Origin: Acidobacteriaceae bacterium
GTDB taxonomy: Bacteria; Acidobacteriota; Terriglobia; Terriglobales; Acidobacteriaceae
Direction of reading: 5' to 3'
Assembly: GCA_035505395.1 (NCBI GenBank)
Contig: DATJQW010000001.1
Span: forward strand, 644 to 64,643
Length of the DNA stretch: 64,000 nt
The notes under the pieces are model-generated. The model saw nothing but the letters and a program-made list of their open reading frames with translations, was not told where the DNA came from and searched no databases. A program made the translations under genes and the position numbers. Of the stretch, positions 29,369 through 38,630 are shown piece after piece. Numbering within the stretch: position 1 is the first letter of the stretch; each line of letters opens with the position of its first letter.

Positions 29369-29803
29369 ATGAACATTTCTTCCCTCCCCGCGCTGGACTG
29401 CCTGTGCGCCAGTTTTCGCCGTGCGTCACGCGCGCTCACTCAGCACTACGACGAGGCCCTGCGGCCTCTCGGATTGCGGGCTACACAGTTCACCGTTCTT
29501 CAGGCGCTTTCGATTGCCAAAGGCGTTACCCAGGGGCAACTGGGCCGCATTCTCGCGATCGATTCGACGACTCTGACACGCACGCTCGAAATCATGAGCG
29601 CCCGCGGCTGGATCGCAAAAGTCCCTGGGAAAGACCGCCGCGTGCGAAGACTGCGCCTCGCGAAGGCGGGCGAAGACCTGTTCCGGCGTGCTTCGCCTCG
29701 ATGGCAACAGGTGCAGTCCCGCCTTCGTCGCCGCATGGGAGCCGAGCAGTGGGATCGGCTGCTGGAGTTCACCAACAACGTGACCGCGACGGTCACCGAA
29801 TAA
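29369..29803 (+). CDS. MarR-family transcriptional regulator
   Basis: LRATQFTVLQALSIAKGVTQGQLGRILAIDSTTLTRTLEIMSARGWI...DRRVRRLRLAKAG winged HTH. Trimmed to the Met at 29369. Confidence 0.85.
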   Translation: MNISSLPALDCLCASFRRASRALTQHYDEALRPLGLRATQFTVLQALSIAKGVTQGQLGRILAIDSTTLTRTLEIMSARGWIAKVPGKDRRVRRLRLAKAGEDLFRRASPRWQQVQSRLRRRMGAEQWDRLLEFTNNVTATVTE

Positions 29804-29814
29804 GGAGATAGGTC

Positions 29815-30447
29815 ATGACAGGATATGCGAAGTTAACCCAAGCTCTGCTCGCAGCGTGGTTCGTGGTCTCCCTGGTTGCGTCGGCCCTGCATCTTTATCG
29901 CACCGCGGCGTATCAGCCCCCGCTTCCCCTGGGCCTGGCAGCCGTCACCCCGATCGCCGTATTTCTTGTGTGGTTCGCGGTCTCACCGCGCTTCCGCGAG
30001 TTCACGCTTTCGCTCAGTCCGCGGCTGCTTACCCTCGCCCAGACCTGGCGAGTCGGCGGCTTCGTCTTTCTTGCACTGGCGACCTATCGCATTCTTCCCT
30101 GGTTCTTCGCTCTGCCAGCGGGGCTGGGCGACATGGCGGTCGGCGCGACCGCATTGGCCGTGGCCCTGAACCGCGACAGTCCCGCGCACCGGACCAGCTT
30201 CATCGCCTGGCAGCTCTTCGGCATGGCCGACCTCGTCATCGCTGTTGCCCTGGGCACGCTCGCGGGTATTATCCAGCCGCACGGCGTTCCTACCGCCGCG
30301 ATGACCGTTCTGCCCCTAAGTCTGATTCCGACCTTCGCCGTTCCGCTTCTGTTCATCTTCCACATCATCTGCGTTGCACAGGCGCGCCGGTGGCCCAGGC
30401 AGAATCAGGTTCCATCCCCTCAGCCAGTCAGTGTTCCGGCGGCATAA
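29815..30447 (+). CDS. membrane protein, hypothetical (co-oriented with MarR)
   Basis: 210 aa, about 6 hydrophobic helices. AAGGAG Shine-Dalgarno 6 nt upstream. Confidence 0.6.
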   Translation: MTGYAKLTQALLAAWFVVSLVASALHLYRTAAYQPPLPLGLAAVTPIAVFLVWFAVSPRFREFTLSLSPRLLTLAQTWRVGGFVFLALATYRILPWFFALPAGLGDMAVGATALAVALNRDSPAHRTSFIAWQLFGMADLVIAVALGTLAGIIQPHGVPTAAMTVLPLSLIPTFAVPLLFIFHIICVAQARRWPRQNQVPSPQPVSVPAA

Positions 30448-30473
30448 GCCCGGTGGCCTGAGCCAGTGGCGGT

Positions 30474-30911
30474 TCAGGCCCCACTCCCCCAACCCGCCGC
30501 CATTCGCTCCTTCAGAATGCAGCGGTCCATCACCACTTTGATCCCTGCCGCCTCTGCCCATCCCGCGGCCTCTTCGTGCACTACGCCTTCCTGCAGCCAC
30601 AGATAAGGAATCTTCAGCCGGATCGCGTCCTTCACCACCTCCGGCACATGCTCCGGTGCGCGAAAGACGTTCACCAGCTCCACTCCCCCGCCCCCCGCCG
30701 CCATCGCCTCGCAAGCCGTGTCCAGATCCGGATACGCCCGCTCGCCCAGCGAGCTCTCGATTCGCGGATTCACCGGCACGATCCGATACCCCCGGCTCTG
30801 CATAAAACGCGACACCCCGTAGCTCGCGCGCCCTTCGCGGTTGGTCAACCCCACCACGGCAATCGTCCGCACCCGCTCCAGAATCTCGGTGATCGTCTCC
30901 GGCTCATTCAT
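30474..30911 (-). CDS. CoA-binding protein (YccU-like)
   Basis: ILERVRTIAVVGLTNREGRASYGVSRFMQSRGYRIVPVNP, a CoA-binding Rossmann pattern. Confidence 0.8.
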   Translation of the reverse strand: MNEPETITEILERVRTIAVVGLTNREGRASYGVSRFMQSRGYRIVPVNPRIESSLGERAYPDLDTACEAMAAGGGGVELVNVFRAPEHVPEVVKDAIRLKIPYLWLQEGVVHEEAAGWAEAAGIKVVMDRCILKERMAAGWGSGA

Positions 30912-30948
30912 CCCTAGACTGCACTCCGTTACCCCTGATCACGATTCC

Positions 30949-31701
30949 CTAGTACTTCACAATCTTCCCAAACGACTGCGGATCGAGACTCGCACCCCCC
31001 ACCAGCGCCCCGTCGATCTCCTCTTCTGCCATCAGCGACGTGGCATTCTCCGGCTTCACGCTCCCGCCGTACAGGATTCGCATCGCCGCCGCCGTTTCCG
31101 CACCGAGCAGCTTGTTCACCTCTCCGCGGATCACCTGGTGCGCCTCGGCCGCCATCTGCGGCGTCGCCGTCTTCCCGGTACCGATGGCCCACACCGGCTC
31201 GTACGCAATCACCACGGGAGCAGCCTCGCCTGCCGTGATTCCGGCCAGCACGCCGCGTGTCTGGCGCAGCAGCACCTCTTCGGTTTTACCCGCCTCCCGC
31301 TCGGCCAGCACCTCGCCCACGCACACAATCGGCGTCAGCTCGTGCTTCAGAGCCACCTTCAGCTTTTTATTCACCGTTTCGTCGGTCTCGGCAAAATACT
31401 GCCGCCGCTCGCTGTGCCCCAGAATCACGTGGGTTGCCCCAATCGCCTTCAGCATCACCGGAGAGGTCTCGCCCGTAAATGCGCCCTCCTCGGCCGAATA
31501 CATATTCTGCGCGCCTACTCCCACGCCCGACCCCGTCACCGCCGCAATCACCACGCTCAGCGATGTAAACGACGGGCACAACACCACCTCATCGCGTTCG
31601 TGATTGGCCACCAGCGGCAGAAAGACCTTCACATACTCCTGCGCCTGCGCAGGAGTCTTATACATCTTCCAGTTCGCGGCAATCAGCGGTTTTCTTGGCA
31701 T
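30949..31701 (-). CDS. tpiA: triose-phosphate isomerase
   Basis: AANWKMYK, ILGHSERR, YEPVWAIGTG. Trimmed to MPRKPLIAANWKM with GAGGAAAG Shine-Dalgarno. Confidence 0.95.
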   Translation of the reverse strand: MPRKPLIAANWKMYKTPAQAQEYVKVFLPLVANHERDEVVLCPSFTSLSVVIAAVTGSGVGVGAQNMYSAEEGAFTGETSPVMLKAIGATHVILGHSERRQYFAETDETVNKKLKVALKHELTPIVCVGEVLAEREAGKTEEVLLRQTRGVLAGITAGEAAPVVIAYEPVWAIGTGKTATPQMAAEAHQVIRGEVNKLLGAETAAAMRILYGGSVKPENATSLMAEEEIDGALVGGASLDPQSFGKIVKY

Positions 31702-31854
31702 CGTTACTCTTTCCTCAATGCCGATTGTAGTGGATGCCCGTCCCTGCCTCCGTGACCGTGAATACATCGCCCCGCCACCAGGTAACCGCTATCCGCTACC
31801 CGCCAGCCGCTTCCTCCGTGTATTGTGTTTCGTGATCGCATTTCCCCCTTTCGG

Positions 31855-32589
31855 ATGACCACGGAAACCACCAGGCCTCAGGCAACCGCGCTCACCAGCA
31901 CCGGACGCGTGCGTAACCACAATGAAGACGCCTTCGGCTATCTCGCCGATCGCGGCATCTTCGTCGTCTGCGACGGAATGGGCGGTGCCGCCGGCGGAGA
32001 AATTGCCAGCCGTCTCGCTACCGACACTGTCCTCGAGCACATCGCCCAGCGCTCCGACTCCGCGTCTCCTCAGGACCTCATGCACGCTGCCGTGCTCCGC
32101 GCCAACCGCGCCGTCCACGACCGCGCCGAGTCTGACCCCGGCCTCTCGGGAATGGGTACTACCCTCGTCGCACTGCTCCTCACGCCCCCGCACGCTCTCA
32201 TTGCGCACGCCGGCGACAGCCGCTGCTACCTCTTCCGCAACGGCCGCCTCACGCGGCAGACTCACGACCACTCCCTTGTCGACGAGCAGATCCGCCTCGG
32301 TACCCTCACCCGTGAAGAGGCCGAGCACTCGCCTTTCCGCAGCGTCATTACCCGCGCCGTCGGCACCCAGCCCAGCGTCACTCCTGAACTCCTCCAGATC
32401 GAGCTCGAGCCAGGCGATCTCTTCCTCCTTTGTACCGACGGCCTGACCCGCGAAGTCGACGAGGATTCCATCGCCGGCGTTCTCGAGGTCGGCGCCAACC
32501 TTGACCTCACCGCGCACACCCTCGTCGAAGCCGCCAATGAAGCCGGCGGGCGCGATAACATCACTTGTTTACTGGTGCGCATCCCCTGA
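31855..32589 (+). CDS. PP2C-family Ser/Thr protein phosphatase
   Basis: GRVRNHNEDAF, VCDGMGGAAGGEIAS, C-terminal GGRDNITCLLV. Confidence 0.85.
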   Translation: MTTETTRPQATALTSTGRVRNHNEDAFGYLADRGIFVVCDGMGGAAGGEIASRLATDTVLEHIAQRSDSASPQDLMHAAVLRANRAVHDRAESDPGLSGMGTTLVALLLTPPHALIAHAGDSRCYLFRNGRLTRQTHDHSLVDEQIRLGTLTREEAEHSPFRSVITRAVGTQPSVTPELLQIELEPGDLFLLCTDGLTREVDEDSIAGVLEVGANLDLTAHTLVEAANEAGGRDNITCLLVRIP

Positions 32590-32619
32590 ACCCCGGCCCG
32601 TAGCCCGTATCCTGATCTC

Positions 32620-33480
32620 ATGTCCGACATCCGCACCATCGCCGTCCTCGGCGCCGGAACCATGGGTAACGGCATCGCCCACGTCTTCGCACGCTCCGGA
32701 TTCATCGTTCACCTCTGCGACGTCGAGCAGCGCTTCCTCGACCGCGGCCTCGCCGCCATCCGCAAGAATCTCGGCCGCGAAGTTGAAAAATCGAAAATCA
32801 CCCAGTCCGACGCCGACCAGGCCCTCGCCCGGATTCATCCCACTCTCGACCGCGCATCGCTCTCCGCCTGCGACTTCTTCGTCGAAGCCGCCACCGAGCG
32901 CTTCGAGATCAAGTCGGAGATCTTTCGCGACCTCGACCGCATCGCAGGACCCGGCGTCATTCTCGCCACCAATACTTCGTCCATCTCCATCACCAGGCTC
33001 GCCGCGCAAACCTCGCGCCCGGATTCCGTCATCGGCATGCACTTTTTCAATCCCGTGCCCATGATGAAGCTCGTCGAGGTCATCCGCGGCCTCGCCACCT
33101 CTCAGGAAACCTTCGAAAAGGTTCACTCTCTCGCGAAAAAACTCGGTAAATCTCCCGTCGAGGTCAACGATGCCCCTGGCTTCGTCTCCAATCGCGTCCT
33201 CATGCCTCTGCTCAACGAGGCCATGTACGCGGTCATGGAAGGCGTCGCCACCCCCGAAGCCGTCGATGAGGTCTTCAAACTTGGCATGGCCCATCCCATG
33301 GGACCGCTCACTCTCGCTGACTTCATCGGCCTCGACGTTTGCCTCGATATCATGCGCGTCCTGCACCAGGGCCTCGGCGACCCCAAATACCGCCCCTGCC
33401 CGCTCCTCATCCGCATGGTCGACGCCGGCTGGCTCGGCCGCAAATCCGGCCGTGGCTTCTATACCTACGACTCGCCATAG
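32620..33480 (+). CDS. 3-hydroxybutyryl-CoA (3-hydroxyacyl-CoA) dehydrogenase
   Basis: [19 protein letters not shown]-binding motif, [22 protein letters not shown]. Confidence 0.9.
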   Translation: MSDIRTIAVLGAGTMGNGIAHVFARSGFIVHLCDVEQRFLDRGLAAIRKNLGREVEKSKITQSDADQALARIHPTLDRASLSACDFFVEAATERFEIKSEIFRDLDRIAGPGVILATNTSSISITRLAAQTSRPDSVIGMHFFNPVPMMKLVEVIRGLATSQETFEKVHSLAKKLGKSPVEVNDAPGFVSNRVLMPLLNEAMYAVMEGVATPEAVDEVFKLGMAHPMGPLTLADFIGLDVCLDIMRVLHQGLGDPKYRPCPLLIRMVDAGWLGRKSGRGFYTYDSP

Positions 33481-33624
33481 ACATTGGGCCATGGTGGGTG
33501 ATACATGCCGCTTCCCCGCTATACCTTGACGGTCGACAACAAGGTAGTGTAGACCGTCATGGTATGAGCTGGCCGAGCGTTTTCTCCCGCTCGGCGACCC
33601 AGGAAACGAAATGGGGAGGGCGGC

Positions 33625-36357
33625 ATGCGTTGGTTGGACACGTTGCGGATGCGGTTCGAGATGCTCCTGCATCGCGGACGTGCGGGTCGGCGTCTGGACG
33701 CCGAGCTCGAGTTCCATCTCGACCAGCAGACCGCCGAAAACGTCGCTGCCGGCATGGACCCCGGCGAAGCCCGTTACGCCGCATTGCGCAGCTTCGGCAA
33801 TCCTGCCGCTCTCCGTGACCAGGCGCGCGCCAGCTGGAGCTGGAACCGGCTCGAAACCCTCTGGCAGGATGTGCGCTTCGCCCTGCGCCAGCTTCGCATC
33901 TCTTCCGGCTTCACCGTCACCGCCGTCCTCACCCTGGCGCTTGGCATCGGCGCAACCACAGGCATTTTCTCGCTCACGCGCGCATTGCTCTTCGATCCCC
34001 TGCCTGTCCCCGATCCCGCCAGCCTGGTGCGCATCTCGCTTGTCGTCAACAGCCCCGGCGGCGCCGTGCCCAATCTGCCACTCAACACCTTCATGATCGA
34101 TTCCCTCCGCCGCCATGCCACCACGCTCTCCGGCATCTTCGGCTGGAGCCCATATTTCTTCGTTCTCCAGCAGGACAACGGCCTGCACACCTACGACGGT
34201 GCCATGGTCAGCGGCAACACCTTCCAGGTCCTCGCTCTGCGCCCCGCTGCCGGCCGCCTGCTCACGCCCGACGATGATCGCCCCGGTGGCGGCCCCGATG
34301 GCTGGGCTGCCGTCCTCAGCTACCGCTTCTGGCAGGAGCACTTCGGCTCCGCCCCATCCATCATCGGCAAGCATCTCATCCTCTCCGATCACTCGGTCAC
34401 CGTGGTCGGCGTCGCCCCGCGCGGATTCGAGGGCGTCGTCGTCGGCGCCCAGCCCGATTTCTTTCTGCCCCTCGAGTACGAGCCGGTGCTGCGCGGCGCA
34501 GGTTCGCAGCTTCGCCGGCGCGGCAGCGTCTGGCTCATCGCCTGGGCGCGACTGCGGCCTGGCGTTCACTTCGCGGCGGCTGCGGCGCAAATCCGCGCGC
34601 TCTTTCGCCCCGTGGTCGAAGAAGTCCTGCCCCCCAACCTGCTCAATACTCCTTTGGTCGAGCATTCCGGCTTCGCGGTGGAATCCGGTGCGACCGGCTG
34701 GAGCGGTCTGCGCTCCACCTACATCCGGCCCCTGCTCGTGCTGCAGATTCTCACCGGCGTTGTGCTCCTCGTCGGCTGCGTCAACCTCGCCGGACTCTGC
34801 CTCGCGCGCGCCACCGCCCGCGAGCATGAGTTCGCCATCCGCACAGCTCTTGGCGCCGCACGAGCCCGTCTCATGCAGCAGATTCTGGTGGAGTCGCTGC
34901 TGCTCGCCTGCGCGGGCGGCGCGCTCGCCGTCGCCTTTGCCTGGTTCACTGCTGACTGGCTGCTGCGCTTTCTCAACAACAAGGAGGCCGCAAGCGCCCT
35001 CGCTGTCCATCCCGACGCCGTTCTGCTCGCCGTCACCGCAGTCGGCGCGCTGCTTTGCGCTCTTCTCTTCGGATCGGTCCCTGCCTGGCTTGCCAGCCAT
35101 TTCCCGCTCGAGCCTGCGCTGCGCAACAGCGGCCGCAGTCAGACCCACGGCGCGCGCAATCACTTCGTCGTCCGCCGTATGTTCCTGCCTGCGCAGTTGG
35201 CGCTCACTCTCGGACTGGTCTCCGTCGCCGCCATGCTCGGCGCGACCGTGATTCATCTGCGCGACGGCGCGCTCGGATTTCACCCCGGCAATATTCTCCT
35301 CGCCAATACGGATTTCGAGAGGCTCCCGCAGAAGGGCGAAGCGCTGGTTCATCTCTACCGCCGCATGATCGACCGCATGGCCCACATGCCCGGCGTCGAT
35401 CATGTGAGCGTGGCCGAAAATACGCCCCTCAGCGGCAATAGTTTCCTCGGTGCTTTCTCGTCCGATGAGAGCCCGGAGCCGGCCAGCAATCCCTTCCGCT
35501 TTGAGACCAACGTCATCGGCGCGAATTACTTCGCCACCCTGGGCACGCCCATCCTCGCCGGGCGCGACTTCACCGGAACCGATGCCGATGCCGATGCCGG
35601 CACCTGCATCCTCAACTGGACGGCGATGAATATGCTCTTCCCCATGATGCCCGCCCTCGGCCGCACCATCGATCGCAGGCTCAGCAACATGGGCACCGGC
35701 ACCGTCACCACCGAGACCTGCCGAGTAATCGCCATTGTCGGCGACACTCGCTACGTCAACCTGCGCAGCGCCCCGCCTCCGGTCGTCTATCTTCCTCTCA
35801 CTGCCGCCAGCGACCACCTCTATTCGCTGACGTTTGTCATTCATGCTGATACCCTGGCCGATGCAGGAGCTGCGTATCGCACTGCGCTCCACGAGTTCGC
35901 CCCTGCAAGTCCGGATACGAACCCCACTTCGCTGGGCGAACAGGTTGACGAATCAATGGCCCGCGAAAGCCTGCTCTCCACGCTCTCCCGGTTCTTCGCT
36001 CTTCTGACGCTGCTCCTCAGCGGTGTCGGCATTTACGGCCTCACCACGTCCTGGGTGGCGCGCCGCACCTCAGAGATTGGCGTTCGCATGGCTCTCGGCG
36101 CTACCCGCGCCGGCATTGTCTCGCTCGTGCTCCGCCAGGTGGTTGCGCTGCTCGCTCTGGGTGTCCTTGCCGGCGCCGGCCTCGCCTTTGTTGGTGGGCG
36201 CGCCATCCACACCTTCCTCTACGAGGTCAGCCCCGCGAGCCCGGGCCTGATTCTCCTGGCGGTCCTGCTCCTCGCCCTCGCTGCCCTGGCCGCCGCATGG
36301 CTGCCGGCGCTCCGTGCCGCCTCCATCGACCCTACGGAAGCTCTCCGGACGGAGTGA
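33625..36357 (+). CDS. ADOP-family duplicated FtsX/MacB-type permease
   Basis: Characteristic N-terminus MRWLDTLRMRFEMLLHRGRAGRRLDAELEFHLDQQTAENVAAGMDPGEARYAALRSFGN and two FtsX modules. 910 aa. No ATPase gene adjacent. Confidence 0.85.
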   Translation: MRWLDTLRMRFEMLLHRGRAGRRLDAELEFHLDQQTAENVAAGMDPGEARYAALRSFGNPAALRDQARASWSWNRLETLWQDVRFALRQLRISSGFTVTAVLTLALGIGATTGIFSLTRALLFDPLPVPDPASLVRISLVVNSPGGAVPNLPLNTFMIDSLRRHATTLSGIFGWSPYFFVLQQDNGLHTYDGAMVSGNTFQVLALRPAAGRLLTPDDDRPGGGPDGWAAVLSYRFWQEHFGSAPSIIGKHLILSDHSVTVVGVAPRGFEGVVVGAQPDFFLPLEYEPVLRGAGSQLRRRGSVWLIAWARLRPGVHFAAAAAQIRALFRPVVEEVLPPNLLNTPLVEHSGFAVESGATGWSGLRSTYIRPLLVLQILTGVVLLVGCVNLAGLCLARATAREHEFAIRTALGAARARLMQQILVESLLLACAGGALAVAFAWFTADWLLRFLNNKEAASALAVHPDAVLLAVTAVGALLCALLFGSVPAWLASHFPLEPALRNSGRSQTHGARNHFVVRRMFLPAQLALTLGLVSVAAMLGATVIHLRDGALGFHPGNILLANTDFERLPQKGEALVHLYRRMIDRMAHMPGVDHVSVAENTPLSGNSFLGAFSSDESPEPASNPFRFETNVIGANYFATLGTPILAGRDFTGTDADADAGTCILNWTAMNMLFPMMPALGRTIDRRLSNMGTGTVTTETCRVIAIVGDTRYVNLRSAPPPVVYLPLTAASDHLYSLTFVIHADTLADAGAAYRTALHEFAPASPDTNPTSLGEQVDESMARESLLSTLSRFFALLTLLLSGVGIYGLTTSWVARRTSEIGVRMALGATRAGIVSLVLRQVVALLALGVLAGAGLAFVGGRAIHTFLYEVSPASPGLILLAVLLLALAALAAAWLPALRAASIDPTEALRTE

Positions 36358-36477
36358 TGGCAACCGGCAATAAGACCTAAAATCACGGAAAGATTGCATC
36401 TCGCAGGTGACCACCGGAACACCCTCGCGCCCCCTCCGCCCTGCCCTTCCACATTCATCCGTCGTATCCTCAGCATT

Positions 36478-37407
36478 ATGGCGCGGATGACGGTGCTGGC
36501 CAGCGGTTCCAAAGGCAACAGCACCATTGTCGCCAGTTCCACCACCCGCATTCTCGTCGACGTCGGTCTCTCCTGCCGCGAACTGATGAAGCGCATGAAA
36601 GCTGCCGGCGAAGATCCCACAACCCTCGACGCCATCCTCATCACCCACGAGCACCAGGACCACGTTCAGGGCCTCGCCGTCACGGCACGCAAGCTTGGCA
36701 TCCCTGTCTACATCACGGAGCCCACCCACCGGGCCTGGGTTCGCTGGCTCACCCCGCGCCGTCGCATCACCTATGCCGAATGGCTCCAGCAGCGCCAGGC
36801 CCAGGCCAAGTCCGCCGCCATCGAGCCCGACGACGAGGAAAAGGCCGCCGCCGAGGAGGCTCTCACCGAATCCGAATCTGTCCCGGAGCGCGATCCCGCC
36901 GCCCTGCCCGCCGTCGAGCATTTCACTTCCGGCGCCGGATTTCGCGTCGGCGATATCGCTGTCACCCCCTTCACTATCCCCCACGATGCCATTGATCCCG
37001 TGGGATTTGTCTTCGAAACCGAAGGTGCGCGCATCGGTTTAGCGACCGACCTCGGATACATGCCATCTAATTTGCATATGCACCTGAGGGGGTGCGACAT
37101 TCTGATGCTGGAGTCCAACCACGACCTCGACATGCTCCGCGACGGGCCTTATCCCTGGGCCGTCAAGCAGCGGGTCATGTCCCGAGTTGGTCACCTCTCC
37201 AACGATGCCGCAGCCGAATTCCTGGCGAAGCGCTATGATGGCCACGCCGCCTGGGTGATCCTGGCTCATCTCTCTGAAAGCAATAATCTTCCCGCCCTCG
37301 CCCGTATGGCTGCCGAGCGCGCTCTCAGCGACCGCATGAGCCTTATTGCCAATCGCTTGTTGCTGGCCGAGCAAAATTCTCCCATGGAAGCGATTGTCCT
37401 CCGATGA
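36478..37407 (+). CDS. MBL-fold metallo-hydrolase (YycJ-like)
   Basis: MARMTVLASGSKGNSTIV..., HEHQDH metal motif, GHLSN near the C-terminus. Trimmed to the Met at 36478. Confidence 0.8.
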   Translation: MARMTVLASGSKGNSTIVASSTTRILVDVGLSCRELMKRMKAAGEDPTTLDAILITHEHQDHVQGLAVTARKLGIPVYITEPTHRAWVRWLTPRRRITYAEWLQQRQAQAKSAAIEPDDEEKAAAEEALTESESVPERDPAALPAVEHFTSGAGFRVGDIAVTPFTIPHDAIDPVGFVFETEGARIGLATDLGYMPSNLHMHLRGCDILMLESNHDLDMLRDGPYPWAVKQRVMSRVGHLSNDAAAEFLAKRYDGHAAWVILAHLSESNNLPALARMAAERALSDRMSLIANRLLLAEQNSPMEAIVLR

Positions 37408-37513
37408 AACACGCCTATAATGGTAACCAGCCGCTCCCTTGTAATTTGGTTACCCCAGGGTTGTCGCGGCCGCACGTTTTTCCATGGGGTAAGCGGAAAG
37501 TGGGGACCGAACG

Positions 37514-37966
37514 ATGAGCGCCTGTACCGATTCTGTCGTTGGGGACATACTTTCGAGCTGGCGATACGATATCTCGGGCATCTCCCCCGAAATGCGTATT
37601 GACTATGAGGAGCATTTGGCTACCTGCAGCCACTGCCGCTCCCGGCAGCGCCTGCACCGCACCATCGATGTCACCCTCATCAGTCTCAGCACGGTGTCCA
37701 TCCTCGCCTTCCTGCTGGCACTGGCCGTTATCCATCGCGTCGAACCGCTGCGCACCGCTGCCGTGGTCATGCATCTGGAGCACACGCAGCTGGTCCTCAC
37801 CCTCCAGGCCGCGGCCATTCTGGGTCTCCTGGCCTCTCTGGCTGCCTGGATTCTTGTCGCCATCGCCACTCCCGCTCCGGTCTACCTGACCGGCGTCGCC
37901 ATCGAGCAGGCTCGCGTTCTCCACGACCGTATCCCCGAGGAACTGCGCAGCCGCATTCGCGCCTGA
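37514..37966 (+). CDS. membrane protein with anti-sigma-type zf-HC2 N-terminus
   Basis: EEHLATCSHC (H-x3-C-x2-C) followed by 3 hydrophobic helices. Confidence 0.55.
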   Translation: MSACTDSVVGDILSSWRYDISGISPEMRIDYEEHLATCSHCRSRQRLHRTIDVTLISLSTVSILAFLLALAVIHRVEPLRTAAVVMHLEHTQLVLTLQAAAILGLLASLAAWILVAIATPAPVYLTGVAIEQARVLHDRIPEELRSRIRA

Positions 37967-37996
37967 TCGGAATTATCCCCTCAGCAACCCTGAGCA

Positions 37997-38026
37997 AAAG
38001 GCCCCGTCATGGGGCCTTTGTTAATT
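37997..38026 (+). terminator. intrinsic terminator
   Basis: AAAGGCCCC gtcat GGGGCCTTT, a 9-bp perfect stem, followed by GTTAATT. Confidence 0.7.
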
Positions 38027-38190
38027 CCGCCTAAGAATCGCCTCAGGATTCTTCCATTACTCGTGCATCACTCATGACCAGCTTTCGCTGAGGACAGACA
38101 ACGCGAGTGATCAATGTCACATCCACCACGCTGGGTCCTCTGGGAACATGCCCTTGTCCCTGACGTTCGACATATGGGCGAGGAGGAAAT

Positions 38191-38406
38191 ATGGTGACAC
38201 CCATCGATGCGGTTCGCTGCGGCATGGGATTCGATGAGAGAGGCCACTGGCACCAGGCGAGACCGCGCTTTATCCCCGCACCGCGTCAATCCACCGACCA
38301 AAATCCGCTCGCTCCCGCGCACGGCCTCGTCTGGGGTGCGGTCGCCGGCGGCGTTCTCTGGATCGGCATCATTGCCGCGGTTCGTGTGCTTCTGCACCTG
38401 CTCTGA
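38191..38406 (+). CDS. small hypothetical protein with C-terminal TM helix
   Basis: 71 aa. AGGAGG 5 nt upstream of the ATG. Third-position G+C clearly enriched by my codon-by-codon reading. The overlapping antisense 144-aa ORF is rejected. Confidence 0.45.
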   Translation: MVTPIDAVRCGMGFDERGHWHQARPRFIPAPRQSTDQNPLAPAHGLVWGAVAGGVLWIGIIAAVRVLLHLL

Positions 38407-38630
38407 ACTGCCACAATAGCTGAGAACTGTATCCCCGCTCCCGGCAATCCGCTGCACCTCCACGAGCACCCCGGCTTCCGCCGTCTGCCTGCGCCGGGCC
38501 ACGAGTCAAAAAACGCTCGCGCCAACGCCTTCGTGGAGCTGCTCCTCGATTCCGCCTCCGGAGCGCGCCTCCAGGCAGAAGCCGCCGGGTTCATCCGGCG
38601 GCCTCGCGTGGATACATTTCCTGGGGAAAT

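Noticed and set aside
32569-35892. 1,107-aa minus-strand ORF, the longest ORF on that strand in the track
   Set aside because: It runs antisense to two well-supported plus-strand genes (3-hydroxybutyryl-CoA dehydrogenase and the ADOP permease). It has Gly/Ala/Glu/Arg/Asp-rich composition with no motif, which is the typical high-GC shadow ORF.
38033-38053. 7-bp inverted repeat AAGAATC-7 nt-GATTCTT just downstream of the 37997-38026 terminator
   Set aside because: It is short and AT-rich, with no T-tract and no adjacent start site. It could be a second weak hairpin of the same terminator region. There is not enough support to call a feature.
38068-38502. 144-aa minus-strand ORF opposite the small 38191-38406 gene
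   Set aside because: No Shine-Dalgarno and a Cys/Arg/Ser-rich odd composition. The plus-strand 71-aa ORF has an AGGAGG Shine-Dalgarno, a TM helix and GC3 enrichment.
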